Source: the human T2T-CHM13v2.0 reference genome, Homo sapiens
DNA: 64,000 nt
Reading direction: 5' to 3' (one strand)
Assembly: GCF_009914755.1 (NCBI RefSeq)
Contig: NC_060933.1
The notes beneath the pieces were generated by a model. The model had not been told where the DNA came from and searched no databases. It saw only the letters and a program-made list of their open reading frames with translations. Shown piece by piece: positions 40,901 through 54,870 of the stretch. Position 1 is the stretch's first letter, and every line of letters starts with the position of its first letter. Made by a program: the position numbers and the translations under genes.

Positions 40901-43900
40901 ATGGAATGCAATGGAATGGAATGTTCCGGAATGGAATGGAATGGAATGGAATGGAATGGAATGGAATGGAATGGAATGGAATCAACCCGAGTGCAATGGA
41001 ATGGAGTGGAATGGAATGGAATGGAATGGAACAACCCGAATGGAATGGAATGTAATGGAGAGTAAGGGAGTTGAATAGAATCAATCCGAATGTAATGGAA
41101 TGGAATGGAACGGAATGGAATTGAATGGAATGGAATGGAATGCAATGGAATGGAATCAACCCGAGTGCAATGGAATGGAGAGGAATGGAATGGAATGGAA
41201 TGGAAACTACCCGAATGGAATGGAATGTAATGGAGTGTAAGGGAATTGAATAGAATCAATCGGAATGTAATGGACTGGAATGGAACGGAATGTAATGGAA
41301 TGGAATGGAATGGAATGGAATGCAATGGAATGGAATCAACCCGAGTGCAGTCGAATGGAATCGAATGGAATGGAATGCAATGGAATGGATTCAACTTGAA
41401 TGGAATGGAAAGAATGGCATCAACACGAGTGGAATGGCATGGATTGGAATGGAATGGAATGGAATCAACCCGAGTACAGGGGAATGGAATGGAATGGAAT
41501 GCAATGGAATGGAATCATCCGTAATGGAATGGAAAGGAATGGAATGGAATGGAAAGGAATGGAATGGAATGGTATGGAATGGAATGGAATGGTACGGAAT
41601 AGAATGGAATGGAACGAATTGTAATAGAATGGAATTGAATGGAATGGAATGGAATCAACGTGAGTGCAGGGGAATGTAATGGAACGGAATGCAATGGAAT
41701 GGAATCATCCGGAATGGAATGGAATGGAATGGAATGGAATGGAATGGAATAAACCCGAGTGCAATGGAATGGAGTGGAATGGAAACAACCAGAATGGATT
41801 GGAATCTAATGGAGTGTAAGGTAATTGAATAGAATCAATCTGAATGTAATGAAATGGAATGGAACCGAATGGAATGGAATGGAATGGAATGGAATGGAAT
41901 GCAATGGAATGGAATCAACCCTAGTACAATGGAATGGAATGGAATGGAATGGAATGGCATGGAATGGAATGCAATGGAATGGAATCTTCCGGAATGGAAT
42001 GGAATGGAATGGAATGGAATGGAATGCAATGGATTCAACTCGATTGCAATGGAATGGGATAGAATGGAATGGAATGGAAAGGAATGGAATTAAACCGAAT
42101 AGAATGGAATGGAATGGAATGGAACGGAACGGAACGGAACGGAACGGAGTGGAATGGAATGGAATGGAATTGTATGGAATGGAATGGAATGGTACGGAAT
42201 AGAATGGAATGGAAAGAATTGGAATAGAATGGAATCGAATCGAATGGAATGGAATGGAATGGAATCAACACGAGTGCAGGGGAATGTAATGGAACGGAAT
42301 GCAATGGAATGGAATCATCCGAAATGGAATGGAATGGAATGGAATGGAATGGAATGGAATGGAATCAACCCGAGTGCAATGGAATGGAGTGAAATGGAAT
42401 GGAATGGAATGGAACAACCCGAATGGAATGGAATGTAATGGAGAGTAAGGGAGTTGAATAGAATCAATCCGAATGTAATGGAATGGAACGGAATGGAATT
42501 GAATGGAATGGAATGGAATGCAATGGAATGGAATCAACCCGAGTGCAATGGAATGGAGAGGAATGGAATGGAATGGAATGGAAACTACCCGAATGGAATG
42601 GAATGTAATGGAGTGTAAGGGAATTGAATAGAATCAATCCGAATGTAATATAATGGAATGGAATGGAATGCAATGGAATGGAATGGAATGGAATGGAATG
42701 GAATTAACCCGAGTGCAATCGAATGGAATCGAATGGAATGGAATGCAATGGAATGGATTCAACTTGAATGGAATGGAAAGAATGGAATCAACACGAGTGG
42801 AATGGCATGGATTGGAATGGAATGGAATGGAATCAACCCGAGTACAGGGGAATGGAATGGAATGGAATGCAATGGAATGGAATCATCCGTAATGGAATGG
42901 AAAGGAATGGAATGGAATGGAATGGAATGGAATGGAATGGAATGGAATCAACTCGATTGCAATCGAATGGAATGGAATGGAATTAACCCGAATAAAATGG
43001 AATGGAATGGAATGGAACGGAACGGAATGGAATGGAATGGAATGGAATGGAACGGAAAGGAAGGGAATGGAATGGAATAGAAGGGAATGGAATGGAATCA
43101 ACGCTAGTGCAGGGGAATGGAATGGAATGGAATGCAATGGAATGGAATCTTCCGGAATGGAATGGAATGGAATGGAATGGAATGGAATAAACCCGAGTGC
43201 AATGGAATGGAGTGGAATGGAATGGAATGGAATGGAACAACCCGAATGGAATGGAATGTAATGGAGAGTAAGGGAGTTGAATAGAATCAATCCGAATGCA
43301 ATGGAATGGAATGGAACGGAATGGAATTGAATGGAATGGAATGGAATGCAATGGAATGGAATCAACCCGAGTGCAATGGAATGGAGAGGAATGGAATGGA
43401 ATTGAGTGGAAACTACCCGAATGGAATGGAATGTAATGGAGTGTAAGGGAATTGAATAGAATCAATCCGAATGTAATGGAATGGAATGGAGCGGAATGGA
43501 ATGGAATGGAACGAAATGGAATGGAATGAAATGCAATGGAATGGAATCAACCCGAGTGCAATCGAATGGAATCGAATGGAATGGAATGCAATGGAATGGA
43601 TTCAACTTGAATGGAATGGAAAGAATGGAATCAACACGAGTGGAATGGCATGGATTGGAATGGAATGGAATGGAATCAACCCGAGTACAGGGGAATGGAA
43701 TGGAATGGAATGCAATGGAATGGAATCATCCGTAATGGAATGGAAAGGAATGGAATGGAATGGAATGGAATGGAATGGAATGGAATGGAATGGAATGGAA
43801 TCAACTCGATTACAATCGAATGGAATGGAATGGAATTAATCCGAATACAATGGAATGGAATGGAATGGAACGGAACGGAATGGAATGGAATGGAATGGAA

Positions 43901-46900
43901 TGGAACGGAACGGAATGGAATGGAATGGAATGGAATGGAATGGAATGGAATCAACGCGAGTGAAGGGGAATGGAATGGAATGGAATGCAATGGAATGGAA
44001 TCTTCCGGAATGGAATGGAATGGAATGGAATGGAATGAAATGCAATGGATTCAACTCGATTGCAATGGAATGGAATAGAATGGAATGGAATGGAATGGAA
44101 TGGAATTAATCCGAATAGAAAGGAATGGAATGGAATGGAACGGAATGGAACGGAATGGAATGGAATGGAAAGGAATGGTATGGAATGGAATGGAATTTTA
44201 TGGAATAGAATGGAATGGAACGAATTGTAATGGAATGGAATTGAATGGAATGGAATGGAATGGAATGGAATCAACGCGAGTGCATGGGAATGTAATGGAA
44301 CGGAATGCAATGGAATGGAATCATCCGGAATAGAATGGAATGGAATGGAATAAACACGAGTGCAATGGAATGGAGTGGAATGTAATGGAATGGAATGGAA
44401 CAACCCGAATGGAATGGAATGTAATGGAGAGTAAGGGAGTTGAATAGAATCAATCCGAATGTAATGGAATGGAATGCAACGGAATGGAATGGAATGAAAT
44501 GGAATGGAATGCCATGGAAAGGAATCAACCCGAGTACAATGGAATGGAATGGAATGGAATGGAATGGAATGGAATGGAAAGATACGGAATAGATTGGAAT
44601 GCAACGAAATGGAATGGAATGGAATGGAATGGAATGGAATGGAATGGAATGGAATGGAATCGTTCCGAGTGGAATAGGAGGGAATGTATTCGAGTGGAAT
44701 GGAAAGGAATGGAATCAACCAGAGTGCAATGGAAGGGAATGGAATGGAATGCAAACTAATAGAATGGAATCAACCCGAGTGGAATGGAATGGAAAGGACT
44801 GGAATGGAATGGAATGTAATGGAATCAACTCGATTGTAATGGAATGGAATGGAATGGAATGGAATGGAATGGAATGGAATGGAATTAACCCGAATACAAT
44901 GGAATGGAATGGAATGGAACGGAATGGAGTGGAATGGAATGGAATCAACCCGAGTGCAGGGGAATGGAATGGAATTGAATGCATTGGAATGGAATCATCC
45001 GGAATGGAATGGAATGGAATGGAATGCAAAGCAATGGAATCAACTCGATTGCAATGGAATGGAATGGAATGGAAAGGAATACATTGGAATCAACCCGAGT
45101 GGAATGGAATGGAAAGGACTGGAATGGAGTGGAATGGAATGGAATGGAATGGAATCAACTCGATTGGAATGGAATGGAATGGAATGGAATTAAACCGAAT
45201 AGAATGGAATGGAATGGAATGGAATGGAACGGAACGGAATGGAATGGAATGGAATGGAATGGAATGGAATCAACCCGACTGCAGGGGAATGGAATGGAAT
45301 AGAATGGAATGGAATGGAATGGAATCATCCGGAACGGAATGGAATGGAATGGAATGGAATCAACTCGATTGCAATGGAATGGAATGGAATGGAATGGAAT
45401 CGAATGGAATGGAATGGAATTAACCGGAATAGAATGGAATGGAATGGAATGGAACGGAATGGAATGGAATGGAATGCAATGGAATGGAATCAACCCGAGT
45501 GCAGGGGAATGGAATGGAATGGAATGCAATGGAATGGAATCATCCGTAATGGAATGGAAAGGAATGGAATGGAATGGAATGGAATGGAATGGAATGGAAT
45601 CAACGCGAGTGCAGGGGAATGGAATGGAATGGAATGGAATGTAATGGAATGGAATGTTCCGGAATGGAATGGAATGGAATGGAATGGAATGGAATGGAAT
45701 GGAATGGAATCAACCCGAGTGCAATGGAATGGAGTGGAATGGAATGGAATGGAATGGAACAACCCGAATGGAATGGAATGTAATGGAGAGTAAGGGAGTT
45801 GAATAGAATCAATCCGAATGTAATGGAATGGAATGGAACGGAATGGAATTGAATGGAATGGAATGGAATGCAATGGAATGGAATCAACCCGAGTGCAATG
45901 GAATGGAGAGGAATGGAATGGAATGGAATGGAAACTACCCGAATGGAATGGAATGTAATGGAGTGTAAGGGAATTGAATAGAATCAATCGGAATGTAATG
46001 GACTGGAATGGAACGGAATGTAATGGAATGGAATGGAATGGAATGGAATGCAATGGAATGGAATCAACCCGAGTGCAGTCGAATGGAATCGAATGGAATG
46101 GAATGCAATGGAATGGATTCAACTTGAATGGAATGGAAAGAATGGCATCAACACGAGTGGAATGGCATGGATTGGAATGGAATGGAATGGAATCAACCCG
46201 AGTACAGGGGAATGGAATGGAATGGAATGCAATGGAATGGAATCATCCGTAATGGAATGGAAAGGAATGGAATGGAATGGAAAGGAATGGAATGGAATGG
46301 TATGGAATGGAATGGAATGGTACGGAATAGAATGGAATGGAACGAATTGTAATAGAATGGAATTGAATGGAATGGAATGGAATCAACGTGAGTGCAGGGG
46401 AATGTAATGGAACGGAATGCAATGGAATGGAATCATCCGGAATGGAATGGAATGGAATGGAATGGAATGGAATGGAATAAACCCGAGTGCAATGGAATGG
46501 AGTGGAATGGAAACAACCAGAATGGATTGGAATCTAATGGAGTGTAAGGTAATTGAATAGAATCAATCTGAATGTAATGAAATGGAATGGAACCGAATGG
46601 AATGGAATGGAATGGAATGGAATGGAATGGAATGCAATGGAATGGAATCAACCCTAGTACAATGGAATGGAATGGAATGGAATGGAATGGCATGGAATGG
46701 AATGCAATGGAATGGAATCTTCCGGAATGGAATGGAATGGAATGGAATGGAATGGAATGCAATGGATTCAACTCGATTGCAATGGAATGGGATAGAATGG
46801 AATGGAATGGAAAGGAATGGAATTAAACCGAATAGAATGGAATGGAATGGAATGGAACGGAACGGAACGGAACGGAACGGAGTGGAATGGAATGGAATGG

Positions 46901-49900
46901 AATTGTATGGAATGGAATGGAATGGTACGGAATAGAATGGAATGGAAAGAATTGGAATAGAATGGAATCGAATCGAATGGAATGGAATGGAATGGAATCA
47001 ACACGAGTGCAGGGGAATGTAATGGAACGGAATGCAATGGAATGGAATCATCCGAAATGGAATGGAATGGAATGGAATGGAATGGAATGGAATGGAATCA
47101 ACCCGAGTGCAATGGAATGGAGTGAAATGGAATGGAATGGAATGGAACAACCCGAATGGAATGGAATGTAATGGAGAGTAAGGGAGTTGAATAGAATCAA
47201 TCCGAATGTAATGGAATGGAACGGAATGGAATTGAATGGAATGGAATGGAATGCAATGGAATGGAATCAACCCGAGTGCAATGGAATGGAGAGGAATGGA
47301 ATGGAATGGAATGGAAACTACCCGAATGGAATGGAATGTAATGGAGTGTAAGGGAATTGAATAGAATCAATCCGAATGTAATATAATGGAATGGAATGGA
47401 ATGCAATGGAATGGAATGGAATGGAATGGAATGGAATTAACCCGAGTGCAATCGAATGGAATCGAATGGAATGGAATGCAATGGAATGGATTCAACTTGA
47501 ATGGAATGGAAAGAATGGAATCAACACGAGTGGAATGGCATGGATTGGAATGGAATGGAATGGAATCAACCCGAGTACAGGGGAATGGAATGGAATGGAA
47601 TGCAATGGAATGGAATCATCCGTAATGGAATGGAAAGGAATGGAATGGAATGGAATGGAATGGAATGGAATGGAATGGAATGGAATCAACTCGATTGCAA
47701 TCGAATGGAATGGAATGGAATTAACCCGAATAAAATGGAATGGAATGGAATGGAACGGAACGGAATGGAATGGAATGGAATGGAATGGAACGGAAAGGAA
47801 GGGAATGGAATGGAATAGAAGGGAATGGAATGGAATCAACGCTAGTGCAGGGGAATGGAATGGAATGGAATGCAATGGAATGGAATCTTCCGGAATGGAA
47901 TGGAATGGAATGGAATGGAATGGAATAAACCCGAGTGCAATGGAATGGAGTGGAATGGAATGGAATGGAATGGAACAACCCGAATGGAATGGAATGTAAT
48001 GGAGAGTAAGGGAGTTGAATAGAATCAATCCGAATGCAATGGAATGGAATGGAACGGAATGGAATTGAATGGAATGGAATGGAATGCAATGGAATGGAAT
48101 CAACCCGAGTGCAATGGAATGGAGAGGAATGGAATGGAATTGAGTGGAAACTACCCGAATGGAATGGAATGTAATGGAGTGTAAGGGAATTGAATAGAAT
48201 CAATCCGAATGTAATGGAATGGAATGGAGCGGAATGGAATGGAATGGAACGAAATGGAATGGAATGAAATGCAATGGAATGGAATCAACCCGAGTGCAAT
48301 CGAATGGAATCGAATGGAATGGAATGCAATGGAATGGATTCAACTTGAATGGAATGGAAAGAATGGAATCAACACGAGTGGAATGGCATGGATTGGAATG
48401 GAATGGAATGGAATCAACCCGAGTACAGGGGAATGGAATGGAATGGAATGCAATGGAATGGAATCATCCGTAATGGAATGGAAAGGAATGGAATGGAATG
48501 GAATGGAATGGAATGGAATGGAATGGAATGGAATGGAATCAACTCGATTACAATCGAATGGAATGGAATGGAATTAATCCGAATACAATGGAATGGAATG
48601 GAATGGAACGGAACGGAATGGAATGGAATGGAATGGAATGGAACGGAACGGAATGGAATGGAATGGAATGGAATGGAATGGAATGGAATCAACGCGAGTG
48701 AAGGGGAATGGAATGGAATGGAATGCAATGGAAAGGAATCTTCCGGAATGGAATGGAATGGAATGGAATGGAATGAAATGCAATGGATTCAACTCGATTG
48801 CAATGGAATGGAATAGAATGGAATGGAATGGAATGGAATGGAATTAATCCGAATAGAAAGGAATGGAATGGAATGGAACGGAATGGAACGGAATGGAATG
48901 GAATGGAAAGGAATGGTATGGAATGGAATGGAATTTTATGGAATAGAATGGAATGGAACGAATTGTAATGGAATGGAATTGAATGGAATGGAATGGAATG
49001 GAATGGAATCAACGCGAGTGCATGGGAATGTAATGGAACGGAATGCAATGGAATGGAATCATCCGGAATAGAATGGAATGGAATGGAATCAACACGAGTG
49101 CAATGGAATGGAGTGGAATGTAATGGAATGGAATGGAACAACCCGAATGGAATGGAATGTAATGGAGAGTAAGGGAGTTGAATAGAATCAATCCGAATGT
49201 AATGGAATGGAATGCAACGGAATGGAATGGAATGAAATGGAATGGAATGCCATGGAAAGGAATCAACCCGAGTACAATGGAATGGAATGGAATGGAATGG
49301 AATGGAATGGAATGGAAAGATACGGAATAGATTGGAATGCAACGAAATGGAATGGAATGGAATGGAATGGAATGGAATGGAATGGAATGGAATGGAATGG
49401 AATCGTTCCGAGTGGAATAGGAGGGAATGTATTCGAGTGGAATGGAAAGGAATGGAATCAACCAGAGTGCAATGGAAGGGAATGGAATGGAATGCAAACT
49501 AATAGAATGGAATCAACCCGAGTGGAATGGAATGGAAAGGACTGGAATGGAATGGAATGTAATGGAATCAACTCGATTGTAATGGAATGGAATGGAATGG
49601 AATGGAATGGAATGGAATGGAATGGAATTAACCCGAATACAATGGAATGGAATGGAATGGAACGGAATGGAGTGGAATGGAATGGAATCAACCCGAGTGC
49701 AGGGGAATGGAATGGAATTGAATGCATTGGAATGGAATCATCCGGAATGGAATGGAATGGAATGGAATGCAAAGCAATGGAATCAACTCGATTGCAATGG
49801 AATGGAATGGAATGGAAAGGAATACATTGGAATCAACCCGAGTGGAATGGAATGGAAAGGACTGGAATGGAGTGGAATGGAATGGAATGGAATGGAATCA

Positions 49901-52275
49901 ACTCGATTGGAATGGAATGGAATGGAATGGAATTAAACCGAATAGAATGGAATGGAATGGAATGGAATGGAACGGAACGGAATGGAATGGAATGGAATGG
50001 AATGGAATGGAATCAACCCGACTGCAGGGGAATGGAATGGAATAGAATGGAATGGAATGGAATGGAATCATCCGGAACGGAATGGAATGGAATGGAATGG
50101 AATCAACTCGATTGCAATGGAATGGAATGGAATGGAATGGAATCGAATGGAATGGAATGGAATTAACCGGAATAGAATGGAATGGAATGGAATGGAACGG
50201 AATGGAATGGAATGGAATGCAATGGAATGGAATCAACCCGAGTGCAGGGGAATGGAATGGAATGGAATGCAATGGAATGGAATCATCCGTAATGGAATGG
50301 AAAGGAATGGAATGGAATGGAATGGAATGGAATGGAATGGAATCAACGCGAGTGCAGGGGAATGGAATGGAATGGAATGGAATGCAATGGAATGGAATGT
50401 TCCGGAATGGAATGGAATGGAATGGAATGGAATGGAATGGAATGGAATGGAATGGAATCAACCCGAGTGCAACGGAATGGAGTGGAATGGAATGGAATGG
50501 AATGGAACAACCCGAATGGAATGGAATGTAATGGAGAGTAAGGGAGTTGAATAGAATCAATCCGAATGTAATGGAATGGAATGGAACGGAATGGAATTGA
50601 ATGGAATGGAATGGAATGCAATGGAATGGAATCAACCCGAGTGCAATGGAATGGAGAGGAATGGAATGGAATGGAATGGAAACTACCCGAATGGAATGGA
50701 ATGTAATGGAGTGTAAGGGAATTGAATAGAATCAATCGGAATGTAATGGACTGGAATGGAACGGAATGTAATGGAATGGAATGGAATGGAATGGAATGCA
50801 ATGGAATGGAATCAACCCGAGTGCAGTCGAATGGAATCGAATGGAATGGAATGCAATGGAATGGATTCAACTTGAATGGAATGGAAAGAATGGCATCAAC
50901 ACGAGTGGAATGGCATGGATTGGAATGGAATGGAATGGAATCAACCCGAGTACAGGGGAATGGAATGGAATGGAATGCAATGGAATGGAATCATCCGTAA
51001 TGGAATGGAAAGGAATGGAATGGAATGGAAAGGAATGGAATGGAATGGTATGGAATGGAATGGAATGGTACGGAATAGAATGGAATGGAACGAATTGTAA
51101 TAGAATGGAATTGAATGGAATGGAATGGAATCAACGTGAGTGCAGGGGAATGTAATGGAACGGAATGCAATGGAATGGAATCATCCGGAATGGAATGGAA
51201 TGGAATGGAATGGAATGGAATGGAATGGAATAAACCCGAGTGCAATGGAATGGAGTGGAATGGAAACAACCAGAATGGATTGGAATCTAATGGAGTGTAA
51301 GGTAATTGAATAGAATCAATCTGAATGTAATGAAATGGAATGGAACCGAATGGAATGGAATGGAATGGAATGGAATGGAATGCAATGGAATGGAATCAAC
51401 CCTAGTACAATGGAATGGAATGGAATGGAATGGAATGGCATGGAATGGAATGCAATGGAATGGAATCTTCCGGAATGGAATGGAATGGAATGGAATGGAA
51501 TGGAATGCAATGGATTCAACTCGATTGCAATGGAATGGGATAGAATGGAATGGAATGGAAAGGAATGGAATTAAACCGAATAGAATGGAATGGAATGGAA
51601 TGGAACGGAACGGAACGGAACGGAACGGAGTGGAATGGAATGGAATGGAATTGTATGGAATGGAATGGAATGGTACGGAATAGAATGGAATGGAAAGAAT
51701 TGGAATAGAATGGAATCGAATCGAATGGAATGGAATGGAATGGAATCAACACGAGTGCAGGGGAATGTAATGGAACGGAATGCAATGGAATGGAATCATC
51801 CGAAATGGAATGGAATGGAATGGAATGGAATGGAATGGAATGGAATCAACCCGAGTGCAATGGAATGGAGTGAAATGGAATGGAATGGAATGGAACAACC
51901 CGAATGGAATGGAATGTAATGGAGAGTAAGGGAGTTGAATAGAATCAATCCGAATGTAATGGAATGGAACGGAATGGAATTGAATGGAATGGAATGGAAT
52001 GCAATGGAATGGAATCAACCCGAGTGCAATGGAATGGAGAGGAATGGAATGGAATGGAATGGAAACTACCCGAATGGAATGGAATGTAATGGAGTGTAAG
52101 GGAATTGAATAGAATCAATCCGAATGTAATATAATGGAATGGAATGGAATGCAATGGAATGGAATGGAATGGAATGGAATGGAATTAACCCGAGTGCAAT
52201 CGAATGGAATCGAATGGAATGGAATGCAATGGAATGGATTCAACTTGAATGGAATGGAAAGAATGGAATCAACAC
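37998..52275 (+). repeat. Local higher-order repeat: three tandem copies of ~4.73 kb (offsets 4728-4748 bp)
   Basis: Private words occur exactly three times: CAACGCTAGT (38371, 43099, 47837), GGAATTTTAT (39464, 44192, 48930), GTTCCGG (40923, 45656, 50399), CAATCGGAAT, GTAAGGTAAT, GTAATATAAT. Identity ends at CAACACTAGT (~52276). The left edge lies between ~37998 and ~38260. Confidence 0.96.
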
Positions 52276-54476
52276 TAGTGGAATGGCATGGATTGCAATG
52301 GAATGGAATGGAATCAACCCGAGTACAGAGGAATGGAATGGAATGGAATACAATGGAATGGAATCATCCGTAATGGAATAGAAAGGAATGGAATGGAATG
52401 GAATGGAATGGAATCAACACAATTGCAATCGAATGGAATGGAATGGAATTAACCGGAATAGAATGGAATGGAATGGAATGGAACGGAACGGAACGGAACG
52501 GAATGGAATGGAATGGAATGGAATGGAATGGAATGGAAAGGAACGGAAAGGAATGGAATGGAATGGAATGGAATGGAATGGAATGGAATGGAATGGAATG
52601 GAATCAATGCGAGTGGAGAGAAATGGAATGGAATGGAATGCAATGGAATGGAATCTTCCGGAATGGAATGGAATGGAATGGAATGGAATGAAATGCAATG
52701 GATTCAACTCGATAGCAATGGAATGGAATAGAATGGAATGGAATGGAATGGAATGGAATTAACCCGAATAGAATGGAATGGAATGGAAAGGAACGGAATG
52801 CAATGGAATGGAATAGAATGGAATGGTATGGAATGGAATGGAATGGTACGGAATAGAATGGAATGGAACGAATTGTAATGGAATGGAATTGAATGGAATG
52901 GAATGGAATGGAATGGAATCAACGCGAGTGCAGGGGAATGTAATGGAACGGAATGCAATGGAATGGAATCATCCGGAATGGAATGGAATGGAATGGAATG
53001 GAATGGAATAAACCCGAGTGCAATGGAATGGAGTGGAATGGAATGGAATGGAATGGAACAACCCGAATGGAATGGAATGTAATGGAGAGTAAGGGAGTTG
53101 AATAGAATCAATCAGAATGTAATGGAATGGAATGCAACGGAATGGAATGGAATGGAATGGAATGGAATGGAATGGAATCAACCCGAGTGGAATGGCATGG
53201 AATGGAATGCAATGGAATGGAATAGAATGGAATCAACTCGAGTGGAAAGGAATGGAATGGAATGGTAAGGAATGGAATGAAATCAACTCGAGTGGAATGG
53301 AATGGAATGGAATGGATTGGAATGGATTGCAATGGAATGAAATGGAATGGAATGGAATGGAATCAATCATTCCGAGTGGAATGGAAGGGAATGTAATTGA
53401 GTGGAAACAAGGGAATGGAATCAACCCGATTGGAATGCAAGGCAATGGAATGGAATGGAAAGGAATGGAATGGAATCAACTCGATTGCAATGGAATGGAA
53501 TGGAATGGAATGGAATGGAATGGAATGGAATAGAATTAACCGGAATAGAATGGAATGCAATGGAATGGAACGGAATGGAATGGAATGGAAGGGAATGGAA
53601 TCAACACGAGTGCAGGGGAATGGAATGGAATGGAATGCAATGGAATGGAATCATCCGGAATGGAATGGAATGGAATGCAATCAACTCCATTGCAATGGAA
53701 TGGAATGGAATGGAATGGGATAGAATGGAATGGAATTAACCCGAATAGAATAGAATGCAATAGAATGGAATGGAACGGAACCCAATGGAGTGGAATGGAA
53801 TGGAATGGAATCAACCTGAGTGCAGGGGAATGGAATGGAATGGAATGCAATGGAATGGAATCATCCGGAATGGAATGGAATGGAATGGAATGGAATCAAA
53901 CCGAGTGCAATGGAATGGAGTGAAATGGAATGGAATGGAATGGAAACAACCAGAATGGATTGGAATATAATGGAGTGTAAGGGAATTGCATAGAATCAAT
54001 CTGAATGTAATGAAATGGAATGGAACGGAATTGAATGGAATGGAATGGAATCGAATGGAATGGAATGGAATGGAATCAACCGGAGTTCAATGGAATGGAT
54101 TCGAATGGAATGGAATGGAGTGGAATGGATTCAACCCGAATGGAGTGGAAAGGAATGGAATCAACCCGAGTGGAATGGCATGGAATGGAATGGAATGGAA
54201 TGGAATGGAATGGAATGGAATGGTTCAGAATAGAATGGATTGGAACAAAATGGAATGGAATGGAATGGAATGGAATGGAATGGAATGGAATAGAATGGAA
54301 TGGAATCAAGTCGATTGCAATGGAATGGAATGGAATGGAATGGAACGGATTGGAATGGAATGGAATGGAATGGAATGGAATGGAATTAAATGGAATGGAA
54401 TGGAATGGAATCAACCCGATTTCAGGGGAATGGAATGGAATGGAATGCAATGGAATGGAATGGAATGGAATGGAAT

Positions 54477-54870
54477 CAACCCGAGTGGAATGGCATGGAA
54501 TGGAATGCAATGGAATGGAATGGAATGGAATCAACTCGAGTGGAAAGGAATGGAATGGAATGGAAAGGAATGGAATGAAATCAACTCGAGTGGAATGGAA
54601 TGGAGTGGAATGGATTGGAATGGATTGCAATGGAATGAAATGGAATGGAATGGAATGGAATGGAATGGAATGGAATGGAATCAACCCGAGTGGAATGGCA
54701 TGGAATGGAATGCAATGGAATGGAATGGAATGGAATGGAATCAACTCGAGTGGAAAGGAATGGAATAGAATGGAAAGGAATGGAATGAAATCAACTCGAG
54801 TGGAATGGAATGGAATGGAATGGATTGGAATGGATTGCAATGGAATGAAATGGAATGGAATGGAATGGAA
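54477..54870 (+). repeat. ~205-210 bp tandem duplication of the double-CAACTCGAGT (XhoI-site) module
   Basis: CAACCCGAGTGGAATGGCAT at 54477 and 54682; CAACTCGAGT at 54532/54582 and 54742/54792; the GGATTGGAATGGATTGCAATGGAATGAAAT tail follows both copies. Confidence 0.85.
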
